DNA of 64,000 nucleotides from an uncultured Rhodospirillaceae bacterium. Its GTDB lineage: Bacteria; Pseudomonadota; Alphaproteobacteria; MPNO01; UBA2964. A program made the position numbers and the translations under genes. Numbering within the stretch: position 1 is the stretch's first letter; every line of letters starts with the position of its first letter. Below are positions 9,834 through 19,759 of this stretch, piece by piece. Location: contig CAZCKO010000001.1 of the NCBI GenBank assembly GCA_964499275.1, positions 14,739 through 78,738 of the forward strand, written 5' to 3'. The notes under the pieces were generated by a model that did no database searches, was not told the origin of the DNA, and saw nothing but the letters and a program-made list of their open reading frames with translations.

Positions 9834-10295
9834 CTAATTATCCGTCAGTTTCTCTATTGCTCTTTTACGCGCCTCTCCCCGGTCGCGATCCGTCACGTAG
9901 ATTAATTCCCCAATACGGCGCATTAACTGGTCTTCAAATGGGTCTGCCTCGCCATCGGCATAGGCGACCATCCAAAGGTATTCCATCAACTCGACGCGAT
10001 CCTTATAATCCAAACCATTTCGTAATGCCTTGGTAACTCCGTATAATTGTACTGACCCCTCCACTTCAGCTTCGGCTTTTGCTATTAATTTTTGGGCGAC
10101 CTTGTCTTCTAAACAGAACTTTTCCTTTACGTATTCAAGAATCTTTGCACGCTCACCTAATTCGAATTTTTTATCAACCATTGCCACTTCAATAAGCAGT
10201 GCTGCTGCTGCATGCCCAATTTGATCTGAGTCATTTATTTCAACCAATTCTTTGTCTTCTAAACCTAAAAAATCTTTGAGTTTTTTTATCACCAT
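9834..10295 (-). CDS. TerB-family (tellurite-resistance-like) protein
   Basis: 153-aa acidic helical protein with a TerB-like layout (…AAALLIEVAMVD…MEYLWMVAYADGEADPFE…). It overlaps the hsp15 start by 7 nt. Confidence 0.55.
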   Translation of the reverse strand: MVIKKLKDFLGLEDKELVEINDSDQIGHAAAALLIEVAMVDKKFELGERAKILEYVKEKFCLEDKVAQKLIAKAEAEVEGSVQLYGVTKALRNGLDYKDRVELMEYLWMVAYADGEADPFEDQLMRRIGELIYVTDRDRGEARKRAIEKLTDN

Positions 10296-10648
10296 ACATC
10301 CCTATTTCGATCACGTTTATGCCACTTACTTACTGGTTTAGGACTCACCCCCCTTATTTGTGGCACCCGTGTGGTCTCATCGGACATATCCTGATAGAGG
10401 CCTGACGCTTCTAACACGGGCCCACGGCGCGACCCAAGTTCCAGAACTTTGACAACTCGAATCCGATGGGCTTGTGGAAAGGTAACAACTTGCCCAACTC
10501 TGACATTGTAATGTGCTTTTTCAACCAAAACACCATCGACACGTATACGACCCGAAATACAAACCTTGCCTGCGAGAGAACGCGACCGGAAAAATCTTGC
10601 AAACCATAGCCATTTATCAATCCTGATAGCGGAATTGATACTTGTCAA
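10289..10648 (-). CDS. hslR: RNA-binding S4-domain protein, ribosome-associated heat-shock protein Hsp15-like
   Basis: 119 aa. IRIDKWLWFARFFRSRSLAGKVCISGRIRVDG S4 fold. A 4-nt ATGA overlap with the upstream helicase. Confidence 0.75.
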   Translation of the reverse strand: MTSINSAIRIDKWLWFARFFRSRSLAGKVCISGRIRVDGVLVEKAHYNVRVGQVVTFPQAHRIRVVKVLELGSRRGPVLEASGLYQDMSDETTRVPQIRGVSPKPVSKWHKRDRNRDVW

Positions 10649-13149
10649 AATTCAAGCTCTTTCAGTTTTGCAAATGGTGAGATACTTCCTTTAGTTTTTG
10701 AAAGAGCCCGCGATTTTGGTTGAAGAGCTTTTTGTTCCAAAGTATTTAGTCTCCGAAGAGTTTTGGATATTCTTTTCTTTTTAGCTCTCTCAGGATGAAA
10801 GGTATAACCCAACTCTGCGATAACTAGCTCTGTATCTTCCATACTCAAACCTAACATTGATGGAATTTCTTTGGTCAGTTTAGAATTCTCGGATTTTGCG
10901 GATTTTATTAAAGTGACTGCTATGCGATCCAAAATATCAATACGAACAAATCGGTTACCAAGCAATGAATAGCCGATCGCGGCAAAAAATTCGGCGTTCG
11001 CTTCTTCAGTAGCAAGTAGCGTAGTAATCCCGGGTGGTGGCAACGTCGGAGGCGACAAATCATTCCAAATGGCCCATAGAATGGAACGAACATTAACAAC
11101 TTTGGGCTTCAACAGAGATTTAACAAAAATTGTTTGAGGTCCGATTTTAATATTCGATAATTTCAGAATTTTCCTATCTGTTTTACTTAACTCACTGATT
11201 TGTTCGCGGACTTCACAACGGTCAATAGAACCGAGATTCTCACGAAGTTGAAATATTAAACCTCGCGCCGGACCAGAAAGTTTTTGTAAAGGTAAATTAA
11301 AAAGAGGAGTGAAACGACGTTCAATAAACGAGTTGGACCACTTAGTTAGACGCTTCACCACCCTGTCCCTTAGAAGGGCTGGCAAGATCGAACTATTAGG
11401 CACTTGAGGTTGGGGCGTCATTATTGTTCTTCCCCTTTTTAAACTCCCCAGCTTTTGAGATCTCCATTGAATAGTTCCGTCTTCAAAAACAATAAAATGG
11501 TCATCTGACGCTTTCTCTATTGCAGTAACACGTCGTAAAATTTCAGGGTGCAATCCCCGATGTGCAGCGGCAGACAACAAACGCCTGTCACCTGTTTTTG
11601 CTGACATGTCCGGAATGAAGTTCAACCCCATTAATTGACCGACAAGCATACCCTCAACAAAAACCTCGTGATCCCCACTAACATCAGCCTCTAAATTTTT
11701 CCCGCGTGAGCGAACGAGTGTGGTACTTCGACGATCTACAAAGCGTTGGGTCAAACGGTCATGCAGGGCATCTGAAAGACGGTCTTCAAGAAGGCGCGCG
11801 CGCGCTTGCCAGTCGGCGGCGTCGTCAATCCACTCTGTTCGATGCGATATATAAGTCCAGGTTCTTGTGTGTGCTATTCGTGCCATAAGGGTGTCAATAT
11901 CGCCATCAACCCGCTCAAGACGTCCCATCTGGCCGGCAACCCAGTCTATAGGTAACCGACCACCCGCTTCTGCTAAATAATGATAAATTGTTCCTAGCAG
12001 GCGTGCATGCATATCAGCCAATGTTTTCCTAAAATCTGGGATTTGGCAAACTTCCCACAATAATTTAACCATATCAGGGTTAATCGCTAAATCAGCAACC
12101 GATTTATCATGCGATAGCTGCCGGAGTACCGCCTGATCTCCTGCTTCACGGACCCGCTTTAAAACTGGCGATGGGGGGCGTTCGTCAAGACTATCAAGTA
12201 AGTTTTTTAAACTCTGAAAGTTAAGCTGATTATTGCGCCACCAAATGCTCTTTTTCTTTTGAAAGCGATGATTCTCTACGGCATCGATAACTGCCGGCTC
12301 GAGTGGGCCCGCATCAACCGAGGTTCCAAATGTGCCATCCTGCATGAAACGCCCTGCTCGCCCAGCTATTTGGGCTATTTCTTCAAGTGCTAGAGGCCGT
12401 CTTCGAAGACCATCAAATTTATTCAGCTGCCAAAGTGCTACGTGGTCAATGCTCATATTAAGACCCATTCCAATAGCGTCTGTAGCAACGAGATAATCAA
12501 CTTCGCCTTCCTGATACATTTGAACCTGGGCATTTCGTGTCCGAGGGCTCAAAGCACCAAGCACGACTGCAGCACCTCCAGATGTGCGGCGTATTTGTTC
12601 CGCTAACGCATAAACATCACCAGCGGAAAACGCGACTATTGCGCTTCGCCGTTTTATTCGGGTAAGTTTTTGGGGTCCACTATAACTTAAATTCGAAAAA
12701 CGCGGCCGGGTAATAAAGTCTGCATCTGGCACGAGCTGGCGTAGTACTGGTTTTACACTTTCAGATCCAAGGAACATTGTCTCCGCCTGACCACGCGCAC
12801 GCAATAACCTGTCTGTAAATAAATGCCCCCGCTCCGGGTCAGCACACAATTGAATTTCATCAACGCATAGAAAATCAACGAGTCTTGTAACCGGCATTGA
12901 CTCCACTGTGCAAAGAAAATATCGGGCCGTGGAAGGTAAAATCTTTTCTTCGCCGGTTACCAAAGCTACTTTGGGTTTACCAACTAACCCTACCACACGG
13001 TCATAATTTTCTCGTGCTAAAAGCCTTAATGGAAAACCCATCATACCGGTGCGGTGACCCAGCATGCGTTCAATAGCAAGGTAGGTTTTTCCCGTATTTG
13101 TTGGACCCAAAACAGCCGTTATTTTATTTGAGTACAGCGCCATAGACAT
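10645..13149 (-). CDS. Suv3-like ATP-dependent RNA helicase (superfamily 2)
   Basis: 834 aa. Walker A GPTNTGKT. DExH-like LCVDEIQL. The conserved alphaproteobacterial arrangement next to hsp15. Confidence 0.75.
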   Translation of the reverse strand: MSMALYSNKITAVLGPTNTGKTYLAIERMLGHRTGMMGFPLRLLARENYDRVVGLVGKPKVALVTGEEKILPSTARYFLCTVESMPVTRLVDFLCVDEIQLCADPERGHLFTDRLLRARGQAETMFLGSESVKPVLRQLVPDADFITRPRFSNLSYSGPQKLTRIKRRSAIVAFSAGDVYALAEQIRRTSGGAAVVLGALSPRTRNAQVQMYQEGEVDYLVATDAIGMGLNMSIDHVALWQLNKFDGLRRRPLALEEIAQIAGRAGRFMQDGTFGTSVDAGPLEPAVIDAVENHRFQKKKSIWWRNNQLNFQSLKNLLDSLDERPPSPVLKRVREAGDQAVLRQLSHDKSVADLAINPDMVKLLWEVCQIPDFRKTLADMHARLLGTIYHYLAEAGGRLPIDWVAGQMGRLERVDGDIDTLMARIAHTRTWTYISHRTEWIDDAADWQARARLLEDRLSDALHDRLTQRFVDRRSTTLVRSRGKNLEADVSGDHEVFVEGMLVGQLMGLNFIPDMSAKTGDRRLLSAAAHRGLHPEILRRVTAIEKASDDHFIVFEDGTIQWRSQKLGSLKRGRTIMTPQPQVPNSSILPALLRDRVVKRLTKWSNSFIERRFTPLFNLPLQKLSGPARGLIFQLRENLGSIDRCEVREQISELSKTDRKILKLSNIKIGPQTIFVKSLLKPKVVNVRSILWAIWNDLSPPTLPPPGITTLLATEEANAEFFAAIGYSLLGNRFVRIDILDRIAVTLIKSAKSENSKLTKEIPSMLGLSMEDTELVIAELGYTFHPERAKKKRISKTLRRLNTLEQKALQPKSRALSKTKGSISPFAKLKELEF

Positions 13150-13227
13150 GCCTGAAGAATGGCGCTTCCATTAGCCGGAAACAAGAGAATATGGTAATAT
13201 AAGAACAAAAAAATAATTGCACAGAAT

Positions 13228-13257
13228 ACTTGCAGAGTTCGACGACAAGCCACATAT
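13228..13257 (+). promoter_or_regulatory. Candidate sigma-32 (RpoH)-type heat-shock promoter upstream of htpG
   Basis: CTTGCAG-N14-CCACATAT resembles the RpoH consensus CTTGAAA-N13-15-CCCCATNT. It lies 45–75 nt upstream of the htpG ATG. Confidence 0.3.
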
Positions 13258-13301
13258 TCTGGATTTTGAGTCTAATTGTAACAAAGGTGAGACAACCGCG
13301 A

Positions 13302-15182
13302 ATGGCTGAAACTCTTAGCTTTCAAACCGAAGTTGGTAAAATTTTAAAAATCGTTGCCAACTCCCTATATAGTGATCGGCAAATATTTTTGCGAGAGCTT
13401 ATTTCAAATGCCTCCGATGCCTGCGACCGGCTCCGCTATTTGGCTATAACCGAACCTGCGTTGACTGCTGATGATACGGAATTCAGGGTAGAACTTTCAA
13501 TAGATAAAAAGGCCAAAACAATTACCGTTGCCGATAATGGAATCGGGATGAACCGGGAGTCCTTGATTGATGATTTAGGTACTATTGCACGATCTGGTTC
13601 ATCAGCATTCTTGGATGCATTAAATTCTGACAAAGACGACAGTGTTGCCTTGATCGGCCAGTTTGGTGTCGGTTTTTATTCCTGTTTCATGATTGCAGAT
13701 AAAGTAGAGGTAACAAGCCGGAGGGCAGGAGAGGGACAGGCATGGAAGTGGTCTTCCAATGGCGAAGGCGAATTCACAATCGAAGAGACGGAAAGAGAAG
13801 GCCGTGGAACTTCAATAGTAATGAAACTAAAGAAAGACGCGGCAGAGTTTTTAGAACCGTCGAGGCTGCGCCAAATTGTCTCTACTTATTCAGATCATAT
13901 TTCATTGCCCATCATGATGGAAATTGATGGAAATAAGGAGACATTAAATCAGGCCTCCGCTTTATGGACGCGGCAAAAGAAAGATATCAAGCAGGATCAA
14001 TATACCGAATTCTACCGTCATATCAGCCACGCCTTCGATGAGCCAGCGATGAATATCCATTGGAGGGCAGAGGGGCGTCTACAATATACCGGCCTTCTTT
14101 TTATCCCTTCTACAAGGCCCATGGATATTTTTTCACCAGAACGAAAGCACGGCGTAAAACTTTATGTAAAGCGTGTATTCATAACCGATGAATGCGAAGG
14201 GCTTTGCCCCGCATGGCTTCGGTTTGTCAAGGGACTGATTGATTCTGAGGACTTACCCTTAAATGTCAGCCGTGAAATGCTTCAAAATAACCCAGCACTT
14301 ACACGTATTAAATCGGCCTTGGTAAAGCGCGTCTTGGGTGAACTTAAGAAGTTAGCAGACAAAAAGCCTGATGAATATTCTAAGTTCTGGGAAAATTTTG
14401 GCGCCGTTCTGAAAGAAGGTATCTACGAGGACGTTGATAATCGTAGTGCAGTACTAAAACTCGCTCGTTTTCACACCACCCATGAGGATACCTTAACGAG
14501 CCTTGATGACTATATTAGCCGGATGAAAGAAGGACAGGAAGCAATTTACTATATTTCCGGCGAGGATGTTGGGGCACTTGCCAAAAGTCCACAGCTAGAA
14601 GGATTTCGATCCCGTGGAATTGAAGTTTTATTAATGACTGATCCAGTAGATGAGTTCTGGCTACCTGCAATCGGGGACTATGAAGAAAAACCATTACGTT
14701 CCGCAACTCGTTCAGGAACCGATCTGGACGGAATTGGCTCTGACAAAGAAAAAGGGGCTGATAGCGATGATAGTAAAAAGAAAACTTCTGGAGATACACC
14801 AGGTCTGGATGCACTCGTTGCGATGGTGAAACTGGAACTTGGAGATAATGTAAAAGACGTGCGCCTATCGAACCGGCTCACAGATAGTCCGGTCTGTCTT
14901 AGTGCTGACGAGGGCGACATTGATATTCGGCTGGAGCAACTCCTGCGACAGCACAATCAGCTCAATGAACAAGTCAGCCGGGTATTGGAGGTCAACGGAA
15001 AACATCCTTTGATAACAGCATTAGCGGGATTGACTGGCACCGATGGGGCGGGCAGTAAGGTCAGTGATGCCGCTTGGTTATTACTTGACCAGGCCCGTAT
15101 TTTAGAAGGTGAACCCCTTCCGGACCCGACTGCATTTATCCGGCGAATGGCAGATATAATGACCAAGGGTGTAAACGCTTGA
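13302..15182 (+). CDS. htpG: Molecular chaperone HtpG (Hsp90)
   Basis: LISNASDACDRLRY ATP-binding motif. Full-length Hsp90 architecture. The ATG at 13302 is preceded by AAGGTGA. The ORF-track start at 13230 is probably upstream read-through. Confidence 0.92.
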   Translation: MAETLSFQTEVGKILKIVANSLYSDRQIFLRELISNASDACDRLRYLAITEPALTADDTEFRVELSIDKKAKTITVADNGIGMNRESLIDDLGTIARSGSSAFLDALNSDKDDSVALIGQFGVGFYSCFMIADKVEVTSRRAGEGQAWKWSSNGEGEFTIEETEREGRGTSIVMKLKKDAAEFLEPSRLRQIVSTYSDHISLPIMMEIDGNKETLNQASALWTRQKKDIKQDQYTEFYRHISHAFDEPAMNIHWRAEGRLQYTGLLFIPSTRPMDIFSPERKHGVKLYVKRVFITDECEGLCPAWLRFVKGLIDSEDLPLNVSREMLQNNPALTRIKSALVKRVLGELKKLADKKPDEYSKFWENFGAVLKEGIYEDVDNRSAVLKLARFHTTHEDTLTSLDDYISRMKEGQEAIYYISGEDVGALAKSPQLEGFRSRGIEVLLMTDPVDEFWLPAIGDYEEKPLRSATRSGTDLDGIGSDKEKGADSDDSKKKTSGDTPGLDALVAMVKLELGDNVKDVRLSNRLTDSPVCLSADEGDIDIRLEQLLRQHNQLNEQVSRVLEVNGKHPLITALAGLTGTDGAGSKVSDAAWLLLDQARILEGEPLPDPTAFIRRMADIMTKGVNA

Positions 15183-16093
15183 TGAAGAGTTGGAACCAAA
15201 GCATTGATGCCTGCTCATTTGGATCAATTTCTATCAGCCGGATAATAGATATGGAAGATGCCGCTTTCCCGGCATCAGCGCTTTATGCCAACGCAACACC
15301 TGAACATATAAAAAACTTGAGTAAGCGGTTTGGACGTCAATATATCAACCCGGAGTCTCTAGAACTTTACCTCAGCTTCCATTCGTTTATCGTAAAAACC
15401 GAGCGGCACACAATCCTGGTAGATGCTTGTATAGGAAATGACAAGGAACGTCCCGGACGCCCTATGTGGACCAAAAGATCTGGTCCATTCCTAGACAACC
15501 TACAAAAACAGGGTTTCTCCCCCGAGGACGTAGATTATGTAATGTGTACTCACTTGCATGCAGATCATGTAGGCTGGAATACCAGATGTCTGAATGGTGA
15601 GTGGGTCCCCACCTTCCCCAATGCCCAATACCTATTTGGTGAAAGGGAATTCAATTTCTGGAAAGAATCCCAAGCCAAAAGCAAGGACCAAATTATGTAT
15701 GGTTCGCACGCCGACAGTGTCCTGCCAGTTATGAAGTCGGGACAGGGCTTCCTTATAGGGGAAAATCATGAAATAGTCAGTGGCGTTTTTACTGAGCCAG
15801 CCTACGGTCATACCCCTGGAAATTTAGTTCTCAATGTAACCAAAGGGAATAAAACTCATGCTGTAATTTGTGGGGATGTCATGCATCACCCCGTACAGCT
15901 TGCACACCCAGAATGGTCGAGTTGTTTTTGCGAAAATCCCCAAATGTCACGAGCGAGCCGGACTGAATTGCTAAATCGGTTTGCAGACAGCGATACTTTT
16001 TTATTGCCGGCTCATTTTCAATCGCCGGGGTATGGACCCGTGGAGAGAGACGGAAAAGGTTACCGAATGAAAGATGGCATCGGTGAAAAATAA
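15182..16093 (+). CDS. MBL-fold metallo-hydrolase (lactonase-like)
   Basis: HLHADHVGW (H-x-H-x-D-H) metallo-beta-lactamase motif. The ATG overlaps the htpG stop (TGATG). The ORF track begins 3 nt earlier at a TTG. Confidence 0.7.
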   Translation: MKSWNQSIDACSFGSISISRIIDMEDAAFPASALYANATPEHIKNLSKRFGRQYINPESLELYLSFHSFIVKTERHTILVDACIGNDKERPGRPMWTKRSGPFLDNLQKQGFSPEDVDYVMCTHLHADHVGWNTRCLNGEWVPTFPNAQYLFGEREFNFWKESQAKSKDQIMYGSHADSVLPVMKSGQGFLIGENHEIVSGVFTEPAYGHTPGNLVLNVTKGNKTHAVICGDVMHHPVQLAHPEWSSCFCENPQMSRASRTELLNRFADSDTFLLPAHFQSPGYGPVERDGKGYRMKDGIGEK

Positions 16094-16126
16094 AACCAGC
16101 GAGAATAATTCCTCGCTGGTTTTTAT
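16093..16126. terminator. Bidirectional intrinsic terminator between the MBL hydrolase and the convergent liv operon
   Basis: AAACCAGCGAG-aataattc-CTCGCTGGTTT, an 11-bp perfect stem flanked by A/T-tracts on both sides. Confidence 0.75.
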
Positions 16127-16142
16127 TAATTAGTCAAACTAT

Positions 16143-17327
16143 CTACTTTTTACACGGTAGTGCTGGAAATTTATCCAAAAGATGCCATTGCTTATTTTTC
16201 ATCGTCATAATATAGGCCGGCAACTGTGCATCACCGGTTTTCTCGAAACAAACATTACCTTGTACCAAATCAAAGTTCGTTTTTAAAAGCACGTCACGAA
16301 TGGCTGTACGCTCTGCTTTTACATTTTTAGGATTACCGGTAACTTTTGCTACTTCCATCGCCTTCTTAAAAACATATACAATATCGTACGCCGACGCATC
16401 TACATGGTGCGGCCATAACTTTTTTATACCCTGTTTGGCAGCGGCCTCTACAAATTTCTTGGCAAAATCACGAGTACGCTTATTAAGGTTATAGTAATAG
16501 GATGCGGCGAATACGGCACCATCACCATCCGCCCCCATTCCATGCACTATTTCAGGATCAGCCCAAATTTGAGCGCCAATTATGGGAACGTTAATTTTTT
16601 GCCGGCGCATTTCCTTTAAAACCCGAATGGCAATCGGCGTAATTCCTGCAAGACCTACATAATCAATCTTTTTACCTTTAAGCTGTGAAACCTGCGGTGA
16701 CACATCGAAAGCCTTAGTTGCAAATCCGATCGGACCAGTGATTTTTACTTTTTCTTTGGTAAGGATCGGCTTCATGATGTACATGCCTACGGCTTTGGAC
16801 ACTACATCATCTGTACCATACATAATAGCGACGGACTTTTTTAAAGCACCTCGCTTTTTCATAGTCTTGACAACCCGCATAAACTGCAAGTACTCGCTCT
16901 CTGTAAGGCGATAGGCATACGAAAATTTATCAGCTAATTTTGGTGCCGAGGAGGCATTCGGTATTTGAACAATCTTCTCTCGCTCTCCAGCCGCAAAGGC
17001 AACACGGGCTTCACTTGAAGAGAATGGCCCTATAACACCAAGGGCCTTGTCATCACGAGCGAATTTACGGACTGCAACCACTGCTTGTTTAGGGTCGCCG
17101 GCTGTATCGAATTTTACAACCCGAAGTTTTTTACCATTAACACCACCAGCTGCATTGATTTCATTAACAGCAATATCCACGGCAACCTCAGTGGTTTTAT
17201 TTATCGTGGAATAAAGTCCTGTTTTGCCAAAACTTAGACCGAGAACGACCTCATCTGCCGCCTGTCCCGGCACAGCTAATGTTAAACCAGCCAAGACAGC
17301 AGCCGTAAATCCTATTTTCATTTTCAT
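16143..17327 (-). CDS. ABC transporter substrate-binding protein, branched-chain amino acid (LivK/LivJ) family
   Basis: 394 aa. Signal peptide. Type I periplasmic binding-protein fold typical of Leu/Ile/Val-binding proteins. Confidence 0.8.
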   Translation of the reverse strand: MKMKIGFTAAVLAGLTLAVPGQAADEVVLGLSFGKTGLYSTINKTTEVAVDIAVNEINAAGGVNGKKLRVVKFDTAGDPKQAVVAVRKFARDDKALGVIGPFSSSEARVAFAAGEREKIVQIPNASSAPKLADKFSYAYRLTESEYLQFMRVVKTMKKRGALKKSVAIMYGTDDVVSKAVGMYIMKPILTKEKVKITGPIGFATKAFDVSPQVSQLKGKKIDYVGLAGITPIAIRVLKEMRRQKINVPIIGAQIWADPEIVHGMGADGDGAVFAASYYYNLNKRTRDFAKKFVEAAAKQGIKKLWPHHVDASAYDIVYVFKKAMEVAKVTGNPKNVKAERTAIRDVLLKTNFDLVQGNVCFEKTGDAQLPAYIMTMKNKQWHLLDKFPALPCKK

Positions 17328-17380
17328 AATTCAATTCCTCTTCCTTTTATAATTTAACGGTACCGCAATAACGCTTTTAG

Positions 17381-18082
17381 TCAATCTGAACCAAGATAGG
17401 CTTCTCCCAAGCGTTTATCCTCTTGAAGGGTTTTGGCTGTCCCCGATAATACTACATCACCAAGTTCCAGTACATATCCGCGATCAGCAGTTTGCAACGC
17501 CATGTGAGTATTTTGTTCTATCAATAATATGGTAAGACCTTTATTGTTCAGATCTTCAATAAGAGAAAATAATTGTTTAACAAGGATTGGGCTTAATCCA
17601 AGAGATGGTTCATCCAACATCATCAGTCGCGGCTTTGCAAGCATTGCACGGCTAATCGCAAGCATCTGCTGTTCTCCACCGGAGAGAACGGAAGCGGGCA
17701 TTTCTCTACGGGCTGCAAGATTAGGAAACCGTTCGTAAATCGCATCAATTTCTTTACCGACATCTTCGTGGCGGCAATATGCGCCCATTTGGAGATTTTC
17801 ATTAACCGTGAGGCTGACAAAAATCTGTCGACCTTCAGGTACCATCACCAATCCAGCACTTACACGGCGCGGCGCTGACCAACTACTAATATCGACACCA
17901 TCAAATATTACCGTCCCACTGGATTTCTCACTGCCTTGAATGGCCTTTAACAATGAACTTTTCCCGGCACCGTTAGCGCCGAGCACTGTCACTATCTCAC
18001 GTTCTTCCAAGGTCAAGTCGACAGATTTAACGGCATGGTTGCGACCATAACGAACATCGATGCTATTAACTTCAAGAAGCAC
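17381..18082 (-). CDS. livF: Branched-chain amino acid ABC transporter ATP-binding protein (LivF-like)
   Basis: Walker A GANGAGKSS, LSGGEQQ signature, MMLDEPS Walker B. Start chosen at the GTG at 18082, which has a GGAGG-N6 RBS and gives a 234-aa LivF-size product. The ORF track extends to 18184 and overlaps livG. Confidence 0.75.
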   Translation of the reverse strand: MLLEVNSIDVRYGRNHAVKSVDLTLEEREIVTVLGANGAGKSSLLKAIQGSEKSSGTVIFDGVDISSWSAPRRVSAGLVMVPEGRQIFVSLTVNENLQMGAYCRHEDVGKEIDAIYERFPNLAARREMPASVLSGGEQQMLAISRAMLAKPRLMMLDEPSLGLSPILVKQLFSLIEDLNNKGLTILLIEQNTHMALQTADRGYVLELGDVVLSGTAKTLQEDKRLGEAYLGSD

Positions 18083-18857
18083 TCTCTGCCTCCGATGGCT
18101 TCTCATCTGTACCGAGGTACGCCTCGAGTACGGCCGGATCACGATGTACTTCCTCCGGGGTCCCCTCAAATATCTTTCGACCAAAGTTGAGAACTACAAT
18201 ATGATCACAGAGATCTCGAACAAACTGCATATCGTGTTCCACAACCAAAATTGTAACACCCTGATCAGAAACTTTTTCTAATAGGGCCTGAAGTTTACCA
18301 GTTTCTGAAATATTTAGGCCAGCCGCCGGTTCGTCTAACAGTAAAAGTTTTGGATCAGAGACCATCGCTCTCACAACCTCAATCCTTTTCTGAATACCAT
18401 AAGGTAAGTTAGCGACAACCTCACCCGGATAGGTCCCAATCCCCGCTTTTTCAAGGGCTTCTTCGGCAGACTTCCTCCATTTATTCTCAGGAAACATGCC
18501 AAGAGGAAACATCAAATTCCTAAAAGACCGTGCGCGGGCATGCTGGCCCAGCATAACATTTTCAATTGTACTCAAGTGGGGCATTAATCGGATATTTTGA
18601 AAGCTGCGCGACATACCTACGGTCACTCTGTCTTCTGGCGCTATATTTGTGATGTCCTGTCCCTCGATTGTTATCATTCCAGCGTCAATCGGATATACAC
18701 CGGTTAATAAATTAAAAATTGTTGTTTTTCCCGCCCCATTTGGTCCAATCAACGCGGTCCGACTACCCAAACGAACATCAAAGGACACATCATCTATTAC
18801 CTTCAGCCCACCAAAGCTTTTATGCATGTCAGAAATTTCAAGAAGGGTTTGACTCAT
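18072..18857 (-). CDS. livG: Branched-chain amino acid ABC transporter ATP-binding protein (LivG-like)
   Basis: GPNGAGKTT Walker A. LPYGIQKRIEVVRAM signature region. LLLDEPAAG. Confidence 0.85.
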   Translation of the reverse strand: MSQTLLEISDMHKSFGGLKVIDDVSFDVRLGSRTALIGPNGAGKTTIFNLLTGVYPIDAGMITIEGQDITNIAPEDRVTVGMSRSFQNIRLMPHLSTIENVMLGQHARARSFRNLMFPLGMFPENKWRKSAEEALEKAGIGTYPGEVVANLPYGIQKRIEVVRAMVSDPKLLLLDEPAAGLNISETGKLQALLEKVSDQGVTILVVEHDMQFVRDLCDHIVVLNFGRKIFEGTPEEVHRDPAVLEAYLGTDEKPSEAESAS

Positions 18858-19759
18858 CGGCCACTCGCCGTTTCTTTGGAAGAGAAACGTTTATGACCCA
18901 ATAACCCTCCCCCAATTTTATCCTGCAAAGTTCTTGTAATAACCCCCTCAGGTCGAAAGACCATCAAAAGAACGATGAAAACACCAAACAATATGAAACG
19001 GCCTTCTGCGAGCCACTTTAGGCCAGCCGATTCTGCAATTTGACGCAATGCTTCAGGCACTACTACAAAAAAGGCTGCTCCTATGAGAGGTCCCCAGGCT
19101 GTCTGTGTGCCTCCCATTAAAACATAAAGAAGAATATAAATACTTAGCAGGACATTAAACGTTTGAGCTTCTATATAGTTATAATGATGTCCATAGAGTG
19201 AGCCACCAAGGCCCATCAACATTGCTCCCACGGTAAACGCCACAACCTTAGCCGTTCGAACATTAACACCGAATAGTGTCGATACGCTCTCATCATCATG
19301 GATCGAGCGAAGGGCTAAACCCAAACGAGTCGACATAAAGTAAAATGAAAACAGGATAACCAAAATCGTTACCGGAACGATTATACTCACGTCAGTATGA
19401 CCATCGACTGGAAACCCTGCTGCACCACCCACAAATTCTAAATTGATGGCTATCCCAGAGACCACTTCCGCGAATGCGAAAGTAGCTAATACCATGTAAA
19501 CACCCCTCGTCCTTAGAATTGGAAACGAGATAACAAAAGCTATGACGCCAGTAAAAACCATTGCCAAAATTATGCACAACCAGATCGGCAAACTTGCGCC
19601 GGTTCCAGCATTAAACCAAGCACTCGCATAAGCCCCCAGGGTAATGAAACCGGCGGCCCCTAAATTGAGCTGACCCGATGCTGCGGGGAGATATATGCCA
19701 TAGGCATAAATTATGCTCAGACATAATATAATAAGCTGCGCTTCAATATAACCGCTCAT
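18854..19759 (-). CDS. livM: Branched-chain amino acid ABC transporter permease (LivM-like)
   Basis: 301-aa polytopic membrane protein. A 4-nt overlap with livG. Confidence 0.8.
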   Translation of the reverse strand: MSGYIEAQLIILCLSIIYAYGIYLPAASGQLNLGAAGFITLGAYASAWFNAGTGASLPIWLCIILAMVFTGVIAFVISFPILRTRGVYMVLATFAFAEVVSGIAINLEFVGGAAGFPVDGHTDVSIIVPVTILVILFSFYFMSTRLGLALRSIHDDESVSTLFGVNVRTAKVVAFTVGAMLMGLGGSLYGHHYNYIEAQTFNVLLSIYILLYVLMGGTQTAWGPLIGAAFFVVVPEALRQIAESAGLKWLAEGRFILFGVFIVLLMVFRPEGVITRTLQDKIGGGLLGHKRFSSKETASGR

